A stretch of DNA of 64,000 nt, taken from contig JBKJIT010000004.1 of the NCBI GenBank assembly GCA_046598345.1, positions 265,226-329,225 of the forward strand, written 5' to 3'. Source of the DNA: Minisyncoccia bacterium (lineage in GTDB: Bacteria; Patescibacteriota; Minisyncoccia; Phycocordibacterales; UBA918). Positions within the stretch are counted from its first letter, which is position 1; each line of letters begins with the position of its first letter. The notes under the pieces were generated by a model that saw only the letters and a list, made by a program, of their open reading frames with translations, was not told the origin of the DNA and did not search any database. This document shows positions 55,345-64,000 of this stretch, piece by piece. The position numbers and the translations under genes were made by a program.

Positions 55345-56371
55345 ATATAGGCATAATAATTGCAAGTGCTATGAAACCAACCATGATCGCGATAAATACC
55401 AAGAGGAGCGGCTCTATGATCGTGGGTAATTTTTTTGTCTGTACATTAACTTCTTTTGTATAGAACTCAGAAAGATATTCAAAAGAATTAACGAGCGATC
55501 CACTTTTTTCACCGACCGTAATAATACTTATCGCAATTTTAGGAAACAACTTAGGAAAAGCATTCATTGATTGTGAAAGCGTTATACCTTTTTCAGTCCC
55601 TTGCTTCACTTTTAGTAAGGCATCCTGGTACGGAATATTTGTTGCAGCCTGTGAAGCTATGTCAACAGACTCGTTCAGCGTAAGACCGCTTTTTAAAAGT
55701 GTCCCAAACAGTTGGGTAATGAGTGCGAGCTGGTAATTTCGGAGGAGTGATCCGAGGAATGGCATATGAATATAGAATATATGGAATGCCCTCCGTACAC
55801 GTGGTATTCGGTTGCTGTACACCAAACACACACTGAAAAAAATAGTGGCGAGCACCGTGAGCAGCCAATACTGTTTTATATATAACGAAATCGCGAGCAA
55901 AATTCTCGTAATGAGAGGCAGCTCAACATGGAGTCCGGTAAAAAGTGGAACAAGAAGTGGAAGAATAAACACTGCGAGACCCCCTCCGAGGAGGGCTGCG
56001 GCGCCAAAAACCATTTTTGGGTAGAGCATTGCTGCATTTACTTCTCGTTTTAAATCAGCGCTCCGAGAAAGCCAATCAGCAAGGAATTGCAGGTTGCCTT
56101 GTAGTGTCCCACTTTGTTCGCCCGCTTTAATGAGGCTTACAAAAATTTTACCAAATATCTGTACTTCCCTTTCAAATGCGACGGAGAGCGGCGTGCCATT
56201 TTCAATATCCGTTCGTACTTGGTACACAATTTTTTTAAAATGAATTGACTCGCTCTGGTCCGCCAAGGAGGTAAGGGCTTCATTTATCGGAATGCCACTC
56301 CTAAGCATTATCGAAAGATTTTTTGCGAAATCAACCCGATCTTGTATTGAAATACGTGAAAAAAAATACAT
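55316..56371 (-). CDS. pilC: Type IV pilus inner-membrane platform protein PilC/GspF
   Basis: 'LSIMLRSGIPI.EAL', 'KAGEQSGTL', 'AMLYP', 'VGEKSGSL', 'IEPLL..AIIMPIY'. Confidence 0.95.
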   Translation of the reverse strand: MYFFSRISIQDRVDFAKNLSIMLRSGIPINEALTSLADQSESIHFKKIVYQVRTDIENGTPLSVAFEREVQIFGKIFVSLIKAGEQSGTLQGNLQFLADWLSRSADLKREVNAAMLYPKMVFGAAALLGGGLAVFILPLLVPLFTGLHVELPLITRILLAISLYIKQYWLLTVLATIFFSVCLVYSNRIPRVRRAFHIFYIHMPFLGSLLRNYQLALITQLFGTLLKSGLTLNESVDIASQAATNIPYQDALLKVKQGTEKGITLSQSMNAFPKLFPKIAISIITVGEKSGSLVNSFEYLSEFYTKEVNVQTKKLPTIIEPLLLVFIAIMVGFIALAIIMPIYELTGSITK

Positions 56372-56372
56372 A

Positions 56373-58052
56373 TTATATTCGCGCGACTTTCATCACTTCT
56401 TCGAGTGTCGTAACTCCAGTGAGTGCTTTTCCAATACCATCATAGAGCAGTGAGGTCATACCGAGTTCAAGTGCTTTCTGATTAATGACTTCTGCAGAAG
56501 ATTTTTTGGTAATAAGGAGACGTATGTCTTCGTTTATTTCGAGCACCTCAAAAATACCTACGCGCTCCGCAAAGCCAGAATTTCTACATATCTTACAGCC
56601 AGTCCCCCGGTACCACCTGAGTGCGGCCAAGTCCGCGTTTCCACTAATCTTTGTTATAAAGTCTTTTACTTCAGCATCCAGTTGAAGTAGTTCGAGTTCT
56701 CCAGGCTCTGGGATATAACTTTCCTTGCAGTGTTCACAAATTTTTCGCACAAGACGCAGTGCGATAATGATATTAAGGGAAGACGCAATGAGGAATGGCT
56801 CAACATTCATTTCAATAAGACGTGGAAATGTTGTTGCAGCATCATTCGTGTGTAAGGTAGAAATCACTAAATGCCCTGTAAGCGCTGAATTCACTGCTAT
56901 GTCTGCTGTTTCCTCATCGCGGATCTCTCCCACCATGATAATATCGGGATCCTGACGCACAATAGAGCGAAGGCCAGTTGCAAACGTAAGATTCTTCTTT
57001 GGATTAACCTGTGTTTGCTGCACTCCCTCAATATCATATTCCACAGGGTCCTCAATTGTCATGATGTTAACCTCGCTGCTGTTTAGTTTTTCGAGAACGG
57101 TATACAGTATAGTTGTCTTCCCCGACCCAGTAGGCCCAACAGCCAGAATCATGCCATGCGGTTTTTCAATTGCGTGCAGAATTTTATGATAATCAAGGTC
57201 GCTGAGGCCTAGATTCTCAAGTGAGTACCTGTGTGTTCGTGAATCTAAGAGACGCATCACGACATTTTCTCCATCCGTAATAGGAAGAATGGAAACGCGA
57301 ACATCAAAAACATTGTCATGTCCACGATATTCAAACCTCCCATCTTGGGCAGCAGCACGCTCGTCTGTTTGCATATGCGCCATGATCTTGATACGAAAAA
57401 TAATTTTTTCATGAAGAGCATGCGGGTAGCTCAAGGCCTTGTGGAGTATCCCATCCACTCGAAAGCGAATGAGGATTTCCTTTTCGAGCGGTTCGATGTG
57501 TATATCTGAAGCACGGTTGTCATTTGCGTACTCCAAAAAAAGGTCAACGAGTCGCACAATATCTCCCTCTTCATGTCCTTGTGTACATGCTTCAACTAAT
57601 GTGTGAATCTTGGACTTAAGATCACCCTTGTAGTGTTTTAGGGCGGCGTTAATATGAGTCGCAGTAGCATAAAAAATTGAAAGCTTTTTTCCTGTTTTCT
57701 TTTCAAGCAAACGAAAAAATTCATAGTTTTCAGGATTTTCGGTTGCAAGTTTAAGTTCAGTATCATTCATTTCGAATATTACTGCACGCTGAGCTCTCGC
57801 AACAACCTCTGGAATACAGGTTAAAAATTCGTCTCTCTGGTTTAATTCATGCAAATCAACGAAATGGTAATCAAAAAAATCGGCTATAGTTCTGCCAAGA
57901 TTTTCGTCAGTGACAAGCCCGTCTTCGATTAATTGTAGGGCAAGTGGAGTATTTTTTTGTTCAGCGTGGAGAAGAGAAGCGGAAAACTGTTCCAAAGTTA
58001 TGTGCCCGGGAGGAACGAGCATTTCTTTCAAGTTTTCGTGTGAAATTTCCAT
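56373..58052 (-). CDS. pilB: Type IV pilus assembly ATPase PilB/GspE
   Basis: 'ASDIHIEP', 'RVDGIL', Walker A GPTGSGKT, 'TIEDPVEY', 'RQDPDIIMVGEIRD', 'TGHLVISTLHTND', tetra-Cys zinc motif. Confidence 0.97.
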   Translation of the reverse strand: MEISHENLKEMLVPPGHITLEQFSASLLHAEQKNTPLALQLIEDGLVTDENLGRTIADFFDYHFVDLHELNQRDEFLTCIPEVVARAQRAVIFEMNDTELKLATENPENYEFFRLLEKKTGKKLSIFYATATHINAALKHYKGDLKSKIHTLVEACTQGHEEGDIVRLVDLFLEYANDNRASDIHIEPLEKEILIRFRVDGILHKALSYPHALHEKIIFRIKIMAHMQTDERAAAQDGRFEYRGHDNVFDVRVSILPITDGENVVMRLLDSRTHRYSLENLGLSDLDYHKILHAIEKPHGMILAVGPTGSGKTTILYTVLEKLNSSEVNIMTIEDPVEYDIEGVQQTQVNPKKNLTFATGLRSIVRQDPDIIMVGEIRDEETADIAVNSALTGHLVISTLHTNDAATTFPRLIEMNVEPFLIASSLNIIIALRLVRKICEHCKESYIPEPGELELLQLDAEVKDFITKISGNADLAALRWYRGTGCKICRNSGFAERVGIFEVLEINEDIRLLITKKSSAEVINQKALELGMTSLLYDGIGKALTGVTTLEEVMKVARI

Positions 58053-58074
58053 AGATCAAATAAAGAGACCAGCT

Positions 58075-58461
58075 TTATGGGAGAGGTAGGTGTTCTCGTA
58101 CTTTTGCTACAAGGTCTTTAAGTGAGATGTTTGACTTCACTACAAAATCTTTAGCTCCCAGGGAAAGTGCTGTGTCAATGTCGCTCTGTTGTCCAAGATT
58201 CGAAGCAACAATAATTGGTATTTTCTGCACTAGTGGATCCCCATTCGTTTTTATTTCTTGAAGCACCTCAAATCCTGTTTTGAGTGGCATCATGAGATCC
58301 ATAATAATCAGGTCAGGTCTCTCAGTTTTTAGAATCTCTAACGCTTCGCTCCCGTTATGTGCATGGATCACTTCATAGCCTTCAATCTGTAGTTTTCGAA
58401 TATATGAACGCGCAACAAACTCTTCGTCTTCCCCCAGTAGTATTTTTTGTGGTGTACTCAT
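58075..58461 (-). CDS. Single-domain response regulator (receiver only)
   Basis: 'LLGEDE', 'PDLIIMDLMMP..GFEVL', 'ASN', 'GAKDFVVK'. Confidence 0.93.
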   Translation of the reverse strand: MSTPQKILLGEDEEFVARSYIRKLQIEGYEVIHAHNGSEALEILKTERPDLIIMDLMMPLKTGFEVLQEIKTNGDPLVQKIPIIVASNLGQQSDIDTALSLGAKDFVVKSNISLKDLVAKVREHLPLP

Positions 58462-58477
58462 AGTATTTAGATGTATT

Positions 58478-58906
58478 TTACGCGTGTGTGGTCTCCTCTT
58501 TGAAATATGCGTTAATAGCAGTAACGATTTCAGTGAGCGATGTCTTGTATTTTTGAAGGATGTCTTTTACTCCTGCAGCCTCAAAATGTGCATATTCCTG
58601 CCCTTTCTCATCTACAGTCGTGTTCGTCAATATAATAACAGGTAAATCCTTTAAAGGTGGCTTTTCCCGTATTTTAAGGAGTGTTTCGTAGCCGTTAAGG
58701 CCTGGCATCCCCAAATCGAGAAGCACGAGGTCAATCTTCTTCTCTTCAAGGGCAAGGAGACCCTGAGTACCGTCATGCGCTCCGGTGACTTCTGCCCCTG
58801 CAGCGGTAAGCCATTTCGAATAGAGTCGCAAGATGAATTGATCATCTTCAACGATAAGGATACGTAGGGTTCGTAACGGTTTTAATTCTGAGATTTTTGA
58901 TTGCAT
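58478..58906 (-). CDS. Single-domain response regulator (receiver only)
   Basis: 'ILIVEDD', 'DLVLLDLGMPGLNGYE', 'PVIILTN'. Confidence 0.93.
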   Translation of the reverse strand: MQSKISELKPLRTLRILIVEDDQFILRLYSKWLTAAGAEVTGAHDGTQGLLALEEKKIDLVLLDLGMPGLNGYETLLKIREKPPLKDLPVIILTNTTVDEKGQEYAHFEAAGVKDILQKYKTSLTEIVTAINAYFKEETTHA

Positions 58907-58911
58907 ATTAA

Positions 58912-61332
58912 TTACTTTGTATCCATTTTTTCTAAGGGAAGTGTGACAAAAAAAGTAGTACCGATTTCTTCTTCAGATTCAAATCGTATATCACCCCCAA
59001 GCTGCTGTGCTAATGATTTTACTATGTAGAGACCTAAACCCGAACCGCTACTCGCTGTTTTTGATGTGTTGGTTGCTCTGTAAAATCGACCGAATAACTT
59101 CGACTGTTCATTTTTTGGAACACCAATACCATTATCCTTAAAGGCAATCTCTATCATATCTCTCGGAGCAAGCTTAGTTGTAATATCAAGCGTCCCTGGA
59201 TGACTACTGTATTTAATTGCATTATCAATAAGATTTTGAAATATTTGTCTGATGCGTATTTTATCACCTTTAACAAACAGATCGGAGGCAATTTCATCCT
59301 TGCGAATCTTGAACTCATGGCGATCTGAATACGTACCCAGATCTAGAACAACAGAATCGATGATTTCTTTGACATTCAATTTTTCAATGTGCATTTCAAT
59401 ATTACCCTGTTCAATTTTGGTTATATCGAGCATGTCGTTCACCATCGATATGAGGCGTATCGTTGAAACATCGACGTCATCGAGGAGCTCATGCTGCTCT
59501 TTATTCAATGGGCCAAAACTTTCATCAATGAGCATCTCGACATTTCCCCGCATGGCGGTAAGCGGTGTCCGGAGCTGGTGTGAAGCTACTGCAACAAGCT
59601 CGCTTTTAGAGCGCTCAAGGAATTTTGCCTCTGAAATATCAAAGAAGAGAATGAAATATCCTACTGATCTTATAACATCTTCAGTATCGGTTTTAAGATG
59701 GTGAAAAAATATTTCATACACCTTCCCATTTCCATCAATTTCAGGAACATGAAATGTGTTGCCACTGATGCAGTTCGTGTAATACTCTTTGATTTTTGTA
59801 TTTTCGAAGTACGCAAAAAAATGTTCAAGTACTTCACTACTCTCTACGCTTCGATCAAGATTGAGGAGTGCATACGTTGCGTCATTGGTAAAAGTAACAG
59901 TCTGGTCAGTATCTAAAAGTATACCTCCTCCTTTCATGTTACTCGTCACTTGGAGGAGCTTGTTCTTTTCTTGCAGAAGTTCTTCGGTACGATCTTTAAT
60001 TTTCCTTTCGACGGCTTGCTTTTCCTCCTCAAGATCCTCAAGAAGATTGATCGTCGCAATCTGTGATCTTTCAAGATCTTTATTTTTCTCTTCAACTTGT
60101 GCAAACATCGTCGATGCGACATTTGTTTTTTCTGTAACTTTTCCTTCCATTCGTTCGTATGAGACTTTGAGCCTATCGATCATGGTGTTAAACGCACGAG
60201 CGAGCTTGCCGATTTCATCCTTTGATGGAATACGTATTTGTGTGCGTAAATCTCCATCAGTGACTCGCGTAACTGCATTCGTTAATGCAATGATGGGCTT
60301 CGTGATGCGTGAAAGTATGATGTAAAACATAACCAGCAGAGTGACCCCAAAAATCGCAATGGCAAGTAAGTTCAAATCAAATAGTGTTTTGAGTGGAGCT
60401 GCTATGACTGTATACGGCACGAGCATGCCGTATACCATTCCGACTTCTGTACGGGTGTAAAACACTCGATACTCCACACCCTGAATCGTACGGTCAGCAA
60501 TTTGTATTTTTCCTTTCTCTGGTTGTGTCAAACCCGTCATCCAAGGGACGGTCGCTGCTCCCTTCAAAATCGTGAGTGGATCAAGGGTATTTGCCATTAT
60601 TATTTTGGAATTCCCATCGACAAGGAATAGATGACTATCAAAAGAAAGTTTATGGCTTTCAAGGAATAGAAGCATCTCCGCAATTGCCCAATCAGCAGTT
60701 GAAATACCAATGATTCGATCGGTATCATCGAACATAAACGCATCGACCGTAACCATGAGGGACTCACTTCCCGCCTCATCAATGTATGGTGCTGTCCAAT
60801 AAAATTCCTCAGCTCGTTTTTCTGCTCTGTTCCAGGTCGTTGGAAGGGCACGGGTGTACCAAGTTTGCGTATGATAGTCGTACTCAGGCGTATTTAGATC
60901 CCACGTAAAGTCGACCTCATTCTGGGTCCAGTAGGCATATGGACCGAAATACTTTTGGTCAGCTTTGAATGTGTACGGTTCAAACCATAACCCTCCACCG
61001 AGCGCTTCAGGAAATGACTGAATACTGTCAGTTATGTATCTGCTAATCTTCTCGTCGAGAGTTGAGGAACTAGTGACTTCCCTCATGCGATAAAACGCCT
61101 CCCCTCCGCGGGCAAGATCAGATACCTTTTCCTCCATGGATGCGGTGTACCGGTCAACTTTGGCAACATTGTATTCAACGGACACAAGGATTTTTTGGTT
61201 TAATTCCTTGATATAGAGCGAAGAGTTTATTTTTTCACTGATAAAAAGAAACGTAGTGAAACTAATACCCAAGAGCAGCATAATGGCAATGGTTATTTTT
61301 GCCCGGAGTGAATGTTGAAATACGTTTTTCAC
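58912..61332 (-). CDS. Sensor histidine kinase (dCache-like, HAMP, PAS-like, HisKA, HATPase)
   Basis: 'YDY..Q.WY..WTAPY.D' Cache motifs; HAMP 'DEIGKLARAFNTM'; 'ASHQLRTPLT'; 'NLIDNAIKYS', 'DNGIG', 'GSGLGL'. GTG at 61332 preferred (track start 61380). Confidence 0.95.
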   Translation of the reverse strand: MKNVFQHSLRAKITIAIMLLLGISFTTFLFISEKINSSLYIKELNQKILVSVEYNVAKVDRYTASMEEKVSDLARGGEAFYRMREVTSSSTLDEKISRYITDSIQSFPEALGGGLWFEPYTFKADQKYFGPYAYWTQNEVDFTWDLNTPEYDYHTQTWYTRALPTTWNRAEKRAEEFYWTAPYIDEAGSESLMVTVDAFMFDDTDRIIGISTADWAIAEMLLFLESHKLSFDSHLFLVDGNSKIIMANTLDPLTILKGAATVPWMTGLTQPEKGKIQIADRTIQGVEYRVFYTRTEVGMVYGMLVPYTVIAAPLKTLFDLNLLAIAIFGVTLLVMFYIILSRITKPIIALTNAVTRVTDGDLRTQIRIPSKDEIGKLARAFNTMIDRLKVSYERMEGKVTEKTNVASTMFAQVEEKNKDLERSQIATINLLEDLEEEKQAVERKIKDRTEELLQEKNKLLQVTSNMKGGGILLDTDQTVTFTNDATYALLNLDRSVESSEVLEHFFAYFENTKIKEYYTNCISGNTFHVPEIDGNGKVYEIFFHHLKTDTEDVIRSVGYFILFFDISEAKFLERSKSELVAVASHQLRTPLTAMRGNVEMLIDESFGPLNKEQHELLDDVDVSTIRLISMVNDMLDITKIEQGNIEMHIEKLNVKEIIDSVVLDLGTYSDRHEFKIRKDEIASDLFVKGDKIRIRQIFQNLIDNAIKYSSHPGTLDITTKLAPRDMIEIAFKDNGIGVPKNEQSKLFGRFYRATNTSKTASSGSGLGLYIVKSLAQQLGGDIRFESEEEIGTTFFVTLPLEKMDTK

Positions 61333-61342
61333 AATAGATACA

Positions 61343-62017
61343 TTATACCGTGGATGATGTAGTAGTCGGGCCCGACTCAAGCGTTTTAATTTTTTCTTTC
61401 AGTTCAACCATTTTTAGTTCTCGATCCACCATAGCTTTATTTAAATGTTCTAGTGCCTCGAGTCGTGCTTTGAACTCATCTTGATTTTTAAGATGCATGG
61501 TTATATCCTTTGAGCTCCAGACCGTTCCAACGCTCTTACCGTCAAGCATCTGTGGTTTTGATTGAAATTCAATTGTCCTACCGTCAGTGAACTCTACCGT
61601 ATGAGTGGCATTTTTTTGGGGGTTAACAAACCCTTCTTCGATTCTATCTTTAAACGTTTTAGGATCAGAGACCTTGTCAAGAACCACACGCAGTATCTGT
61701 TCTGGATCATGTGTCACCATGATGTTTTCAGGCACTTGCCATATTTCAATAAACCGTTTATTCCAAACTGTAACCATCCGCTTCTCATCGAGCGCAATAA
61801 TCCCCTCACTAATTGAATCAATTGATGTTTGAAGAATCACCACAAGATTCTTGAGTTCTGCTGAGCTAATTTCAAGAGAACGTTCTATGAGTACATGGTC
61901 TCTATCGAAATCAGAATAGGTTTCACTTATTACATCCAGTAACTTTTTCCATTCCGGAGTAAGCGAATCTGGTTCTAAGCCTAGATGATCAATTTGTCTC
62001 AGTAACGTTTTATGCAT
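61343..62017 (-). CDS. PAS-domain protein with a C-terminal RELKMVELK coiled coil; no output domain
   Basis: N-terminal 'MHKTLLRQI..ERSLEISS.EL'; PAS 'DSISEGIIALD..WNKRFIEIW..DGRTIE..G.VWS.KDIT'. Confidence 0.85.
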   Translation of the reverse strand: MHKTLLRQIDHLGLEPDSLTPEWKKLLDVISETYSDFDRDHVLIERSLEISSAELKNLVVILQTSIDSISEGIIALDEKRMVTVWNKRFIEIWQVPENIMVTHDPEQILRVVLDKVSDPKTFKDRIEEGFVNPQKNATHTVEFTDGRTIEFQSKPQMLDGKSVGTVWSSKDITMHLKNQDEFKARLEALEHLNKAMVDRELKMVELKEKIKTLESGPTTTSSTV

Positions 62018-62023
62018 GGTGAA

Positions 62024-63166
62024 CTACACTTCACTAAAAGTGGTGATGGTCATCGTCTGATTATGAAGCCTACACTGCTTTTCGGTGGGAGACACAGGAC
62101 AGATCTCACCATATGAATAGAAACCAGTCAGTATGGTTTCCTTACCTAACACTGACTGTACCGCTTCGGTTTCTTCTTCTATTCTGCTCTTTAGAACCAG
62201 TTTTCTTCCCACACAACTTATAAGAATGGCAAGTTCAGGCACCTTCGCCACATCGTCATTGCTCATCTTTGCTGCACCAAGTGCACCATCGACCAATCGC
62301 TCAAAATTTGCCTTCATAAGTGTTGCTGTTGTGCCTTCGGGCATATCCCCTGCAAACGTCATACTCTGTTCTTTTTCGTCAACAGCAAGAAGTGTACGCA
62401 CTACTTCTGCATCTCCCTCTTCGTGGCCAAGATTGAGACGCATCGGAAACAGGAGGCCCGATGCGGGTAGTTCAGAAGCAAGTTCTCCTAAGTATTCTTT
62501 GTAGAGTCCTAGGGCCGGCCTTCCATCTAATTCATACAACACATTCCCGTTGGAACGAGTGATCGTCCGATCGGGACCAAACGTATCCCATCCTCCAAGC
62601 GAACCATAGCCCACTTTGAGCGCTGTCCCATAAAATCCAAGGAGAACAATATTATTTTCTTTTGGAACTTCATCGAGACCAATGACTGTCTTTATAAAAT
62701 TCGCTCCGTCGCCCGCGAGTCCTCCTGTAACCGAGACAGTGCTGGGTAATATTTGAGTTAACCCGCTCACCAGTGCCGTTCCATTCACTCTAAGTCCATC
62801 ACAAAAAACCATTACATGGGAAAGATTCTCTGGGTTGAGCATACCCGCTAGAGCTTTTCCCTTTTCCTCACTCTCTTCAACACTCGAAATAGTAATTTGC
62901 GCAAAGGCCAATTGCGTTTTTGTAAAATGTATTGCAGTGACCGCGATAGAATCGTCATACACATGAGTACCAAGAATTTCCCCTGCTGTCGAACAAGTCA
63001 AAATTCGTGCGTCAGGGTACGCGGCGCGGAGGGAATTAAAATGTTCAGGATTCTCTATCTGTGTCCGGCCGCCAAATACAAATATTACGTGGGCTTTTTC
63101 AGTGAGTGAATTACCTTTCAAAACCCATCCATCTTTTTCAGTCCAAAGCTTTTGTTCTATATACAT
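62024..63166 (-). CDS. FIST (FIST_N + FIST_C; NosP-like) signal transduction protein
   Basis: 'CSTAGEI', 'GGLAGDG', 'NVLYELDGRPAL..YKEYLG', 'SCVGRK', 'GFYSYGEI', 'LHNQTMT'. Confidence 0.93.
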   Translation of the reverse strand: MYIEQKLWTEKDGWVLKGNSLTEKAHVIFVFGGRTQIENPEHFNSLRAAYPDARILTCSTAGEILGTHVYDDSIAVTAIHFTKTQLAFAQITISSVEESEEKGKALAGMLNPENLSHVMVFCDGLRVNGTALVSGLTQILPSTVSVTGGLAGDGANFIKTVIGLDEVPKENNIVLLGFYGTALKVGYGSLGGWDTFGPDRTITRSNGNVLYELDGRPALGLYKEYLGELASELPASGLLFPMRLNLGHEEGDAEVVRTLLAVDEKEQSMTFAGDMPEGTTATLMKANFERLVDGALGAAKMSNDDVAKVPELAILISCVGRKLVLKSRIEEETEAVQSVLGKETILTGFYSYGEICPVSPTEKQCRLHNQTMTITTFSEV

Positions 63167-63268
63167 GTAAGTGCATTAATGGTTGGAGCGTGAAGGAATT
63201 TTAATATACTCCATCAGTATACAGTTAAAGCTCTACCTCATGTGATTTAGTGTATGAACAGTGGGTAC

Positions 63269-64000
63269 CTATTTCACACAGCGAAAACCAATACCTGCAC
63301 TTCCAGAACTCGGTGCTGTGTCTGCGTGAACGGTGTATATTCCCGCGTCTACACCACTATCGTAGTAGCCTCCACGAATGATGCCAAAACTCCCGGCTTC
63401 CTGTGACCAGAAATAATCACCCCCAAAAAGAGCCTGCGAAGATGTTTCCACCACAGTCGCCATACCACTTTGGTCTACCTGAGCAACATACCCATCAACG
63501 GGAAGAGTTCGTTCCTCGTATTTTCCATCTATTACGTCATCACTTACCCACTCCCAGAGATTCCCGACTAGGTCAAAGACTCCGTGCGGGGACACACATG
63601 CTGTTTTTGAACCCGATTGAAGCACTGACTTACTTTGCACATTGCACGAGGACTCAGTGTCACTCATTCCAAGGCTAAGGGTATACCACTCGCGACTTGT
63701 AGGAAGACGTTTCCCGGCGCGCGCGCAGAGTTGCATTGCCTGATCACGAGTCACAAACCGCCACGGCATAACGTCATTTTTAGACTCGGGGAGACACGTT
63801 CCAGTTCCTACATTTGTATTTGATTGGATAGTGTTCCCGGGATCAAGAATGGGACAGTCCTCTCCTACTGATGCTTCAAAAATGTCGACACACCGCATTG
63901 ATACTCCATTTTCAATAACAGCCATGCCCACGGGGCATGCGCTATTTTCACTGGATATAAGTTGTGACAGAAGTGTCCCACGTGAACCGGTAATGGTGTC
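63269..64000 (-). CDS. FGE-sulfatase/C-type-lectin-fold protein, 5'-truncated by the window edge
   Basis: 'CP.GM', 'A..LC...GKRLPT..EW', 'GVFDLVGNLWEWV', 'RGG.Y..GFRC'. The frame stays open to position 64000. Confidence 0.88.
   Translation of the reverse strand, partial: DTITGSRGTLLSQLISSENSACPVGMAVIENGVSMRCVDIFEASVGEDCPILDPGNTIQSNTNVGTGTCLPESKNDVMPWRFVTRDQAMQLCARAGKRLPTSREWYTLSLGMSDTESSCNVQSKSVLQSGSKTACVSPHGVFDLVGNLWEWVSDDVIDGKYEERTLPVDGYVAQVDQSGMATVVETSSQALFGGDYFWSQEAGSFGIIRGGYYDSGVDAGIYTVHADTAPSSGSAGIGFRCVK

Noticed and set aside
612-63823. The many short plus-strand and nested ORFs in the track (e.g. 12029..12544, 39480..40124, 44979..45641, 59789..60325)
   Set aside because: They are antisense or off-frame shadows of long genes with clear motifs, and have no recognisable domains.
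1-64000. tRNA, rRNA, IS transposase or reverse transcriptase genes
   Set aside because: No cloverleaf/T-loop signatures were seen in the intergenic gaps, and no ORF shows DDE, HUH or RT motifs.

Overview
This window looks like part of a Patescibacteria/CPR (Parcubacteria-like) genome. That assignment is inferred from gene content, the ATST/STTT-rich exported proteins, and -10 boxes lying just upstream of start codons with no Shine-Dalgarno. About 48 kb (1-48.4 kb, almost all minus strand) is one cell-surface locus with no recognisable carbohydrate-active catalytic domains. It encodes three membrane-anchored cohesin proteins, two dockerin cargo proteins, one cohesin+dockerin fusion, and three DUF916/WxL-interacting-like proteins (two with a visible C-terminal TM, one cut by the window edge). 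It also encodes two small/large protein pairs that share C-terminal WxL/pilin-like domains (381+~2065 aa and 608+~5572 aa), an FN3 protein, a MacB-like ABC transporter split by three inserted genes, and Hsp20. The giant protein carries three tandem phage tail-collar/HxH fibre-like repeats. A PAP2/haloperoxidase plus HAMP sensor pair follows, then a FIST-PAS-histidine kinase-two receiver-type IV pilus operon and a partial FGE/C-type-lectin gene. Non-coding signals include a covarying hairpin family abutting stop codons, a second REP-like family, a triplicated promoter plus start-codon segment, and a DnaA-box-like 9-mer 26-29 nt upstream of many -10 boxes. Domain names come from recognising motifs by eye; no database searches were run.
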